Assembly (NCBI GenBank): GCA_016205145.1
Contig: JACQJH010000001.1
Location: 120,001 to 152,000 of the forward strand
DNA length: 32,000 nucleotides
Direction of reading: 5' to 3'
Origin: Candidatus Iainarchaeum sp.
GTDB taxonomy: Archaea; Iainarchaeota; Iainarchaeia; Iainarchaeales; JACQJH01
The notes beneath the pieces are model-generated. The model did not search any database, was not told the DNA's origin, and saw only the letters and a list, made by a program, of their open reading frames with translations. The position numbers and the translations under genes were made by a program. Below, piece after piece: positions 31,769 to 32,000 of the stretch (the stretch's first letter is position 1; the number at the start of each line of letters is the position of its first letter).

Positions 31769-32000
31769 TTGGCAATCGAGTAGGGTTTGGAAACCAAACT
31801 ATTGCAAAGAAAGCAATATAAAAAAGCGTATATTTTTTCTCTTTAAGATAAATTATTTACGTTTTTTTGTTATGTAGTTGGCTTTTTTGCCTGTTTTTGG
31901 CTTTTTTGCCAAAATGCGCTCACGAATTCATTGTCTTTGATGAATAAACTATCTTGGCAGTTTCATTAGCAGGCAAACCAAATTCTGCCAGAAAACCCAG

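Noticed and set aside
31785-31817. Possible archaeal origin recognition box (ORB) from the GTTTGGAAACCAAAC dyad
   Set aside because: Only TGGAAAC is shared with the ORB core. There is no G-string in the expected position, no repeated ORB copies and no orc1/cdc6 gene in view.
31332-31877. 181-aa plus-strand ORF and the overlapping minus-strand ORFs 31508..31747 and 31531..31797
   Set aside because: They run through A/T-tract repeats. The products are Phe/Lys/Leu low-complexity sequences without signal or domain features, and there are no convincing start contexts.
1-32000. CRISPR arrays, tRNA or rRNA genes, transposases and integrases
   Set aside because: I found no regularly spaced 25-40 nt repeats, no T-loop (GGTTCGAATCC-like) or rRNA signatures, and no ORF with recombinase or DDE-like motifs by eye. 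tRNAscan, Infernal and HMM searches should confirm this.

Overview
This is a gene-dense window of roughly 50% GC (by eye) that reads as archaeal. The evidence is an archaeal-type D-aminoacyl-tRNA deacylase (DtdA), the HMG-CoA synthase/thiolase/DUF35 trio, and AAGCTTTA-like BRE/TATA boxes 25-60 nt upstream of several starts. The lineage cannot be assigned from the window.

Content in order:
1. 0-2.8 kb: three secreted or lipobox proteins.
2. 2.9-13.9 kb: a co-directional supercluster encoding every step of the classical mevalonate pathway (class II HMGR, HMGS, thiolase, DUF35, MVK, MVD, PMK, type 2 IDI). It is interrupted by a small lipoprotein, a DUF475 membrane protein, an IDI-like Nudix protein and a non-canonical HAD protein.
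3. 14-16.5 kb: an envelope module of a lipoprotein, a secreted coiled-coil protein and a membrane-anchored winged-helix protein.
4. dtdA, followed by a GC-rich, helix-rich, gene-free segment of about 270 nt.
5. 17.7-23.8 kb: a block of Arg-rich orphan genes. It includes a tightly coupled minus-strand operon whose products share a ~30-aa UBA/HTH-like module, an 838-nt gene-free gap, and a recurring TACATAAC motif.
6. An 800-aa surface protein, a SufT/DUF59 protein, a SWIB-like mini-ORF, an HxlR regulator, two orphan genes, a GT4 glycosyltransferase and a hexapeptide acyltransferase. The window ends in more than 0.7 kb of A/T-tract-rich gene-free sequence.

I recognised no rRNA, tRNA, CRISPR array, transposase or integrase. 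All family calls are by-eye motif recognition without database searches. Start codons are provisional.
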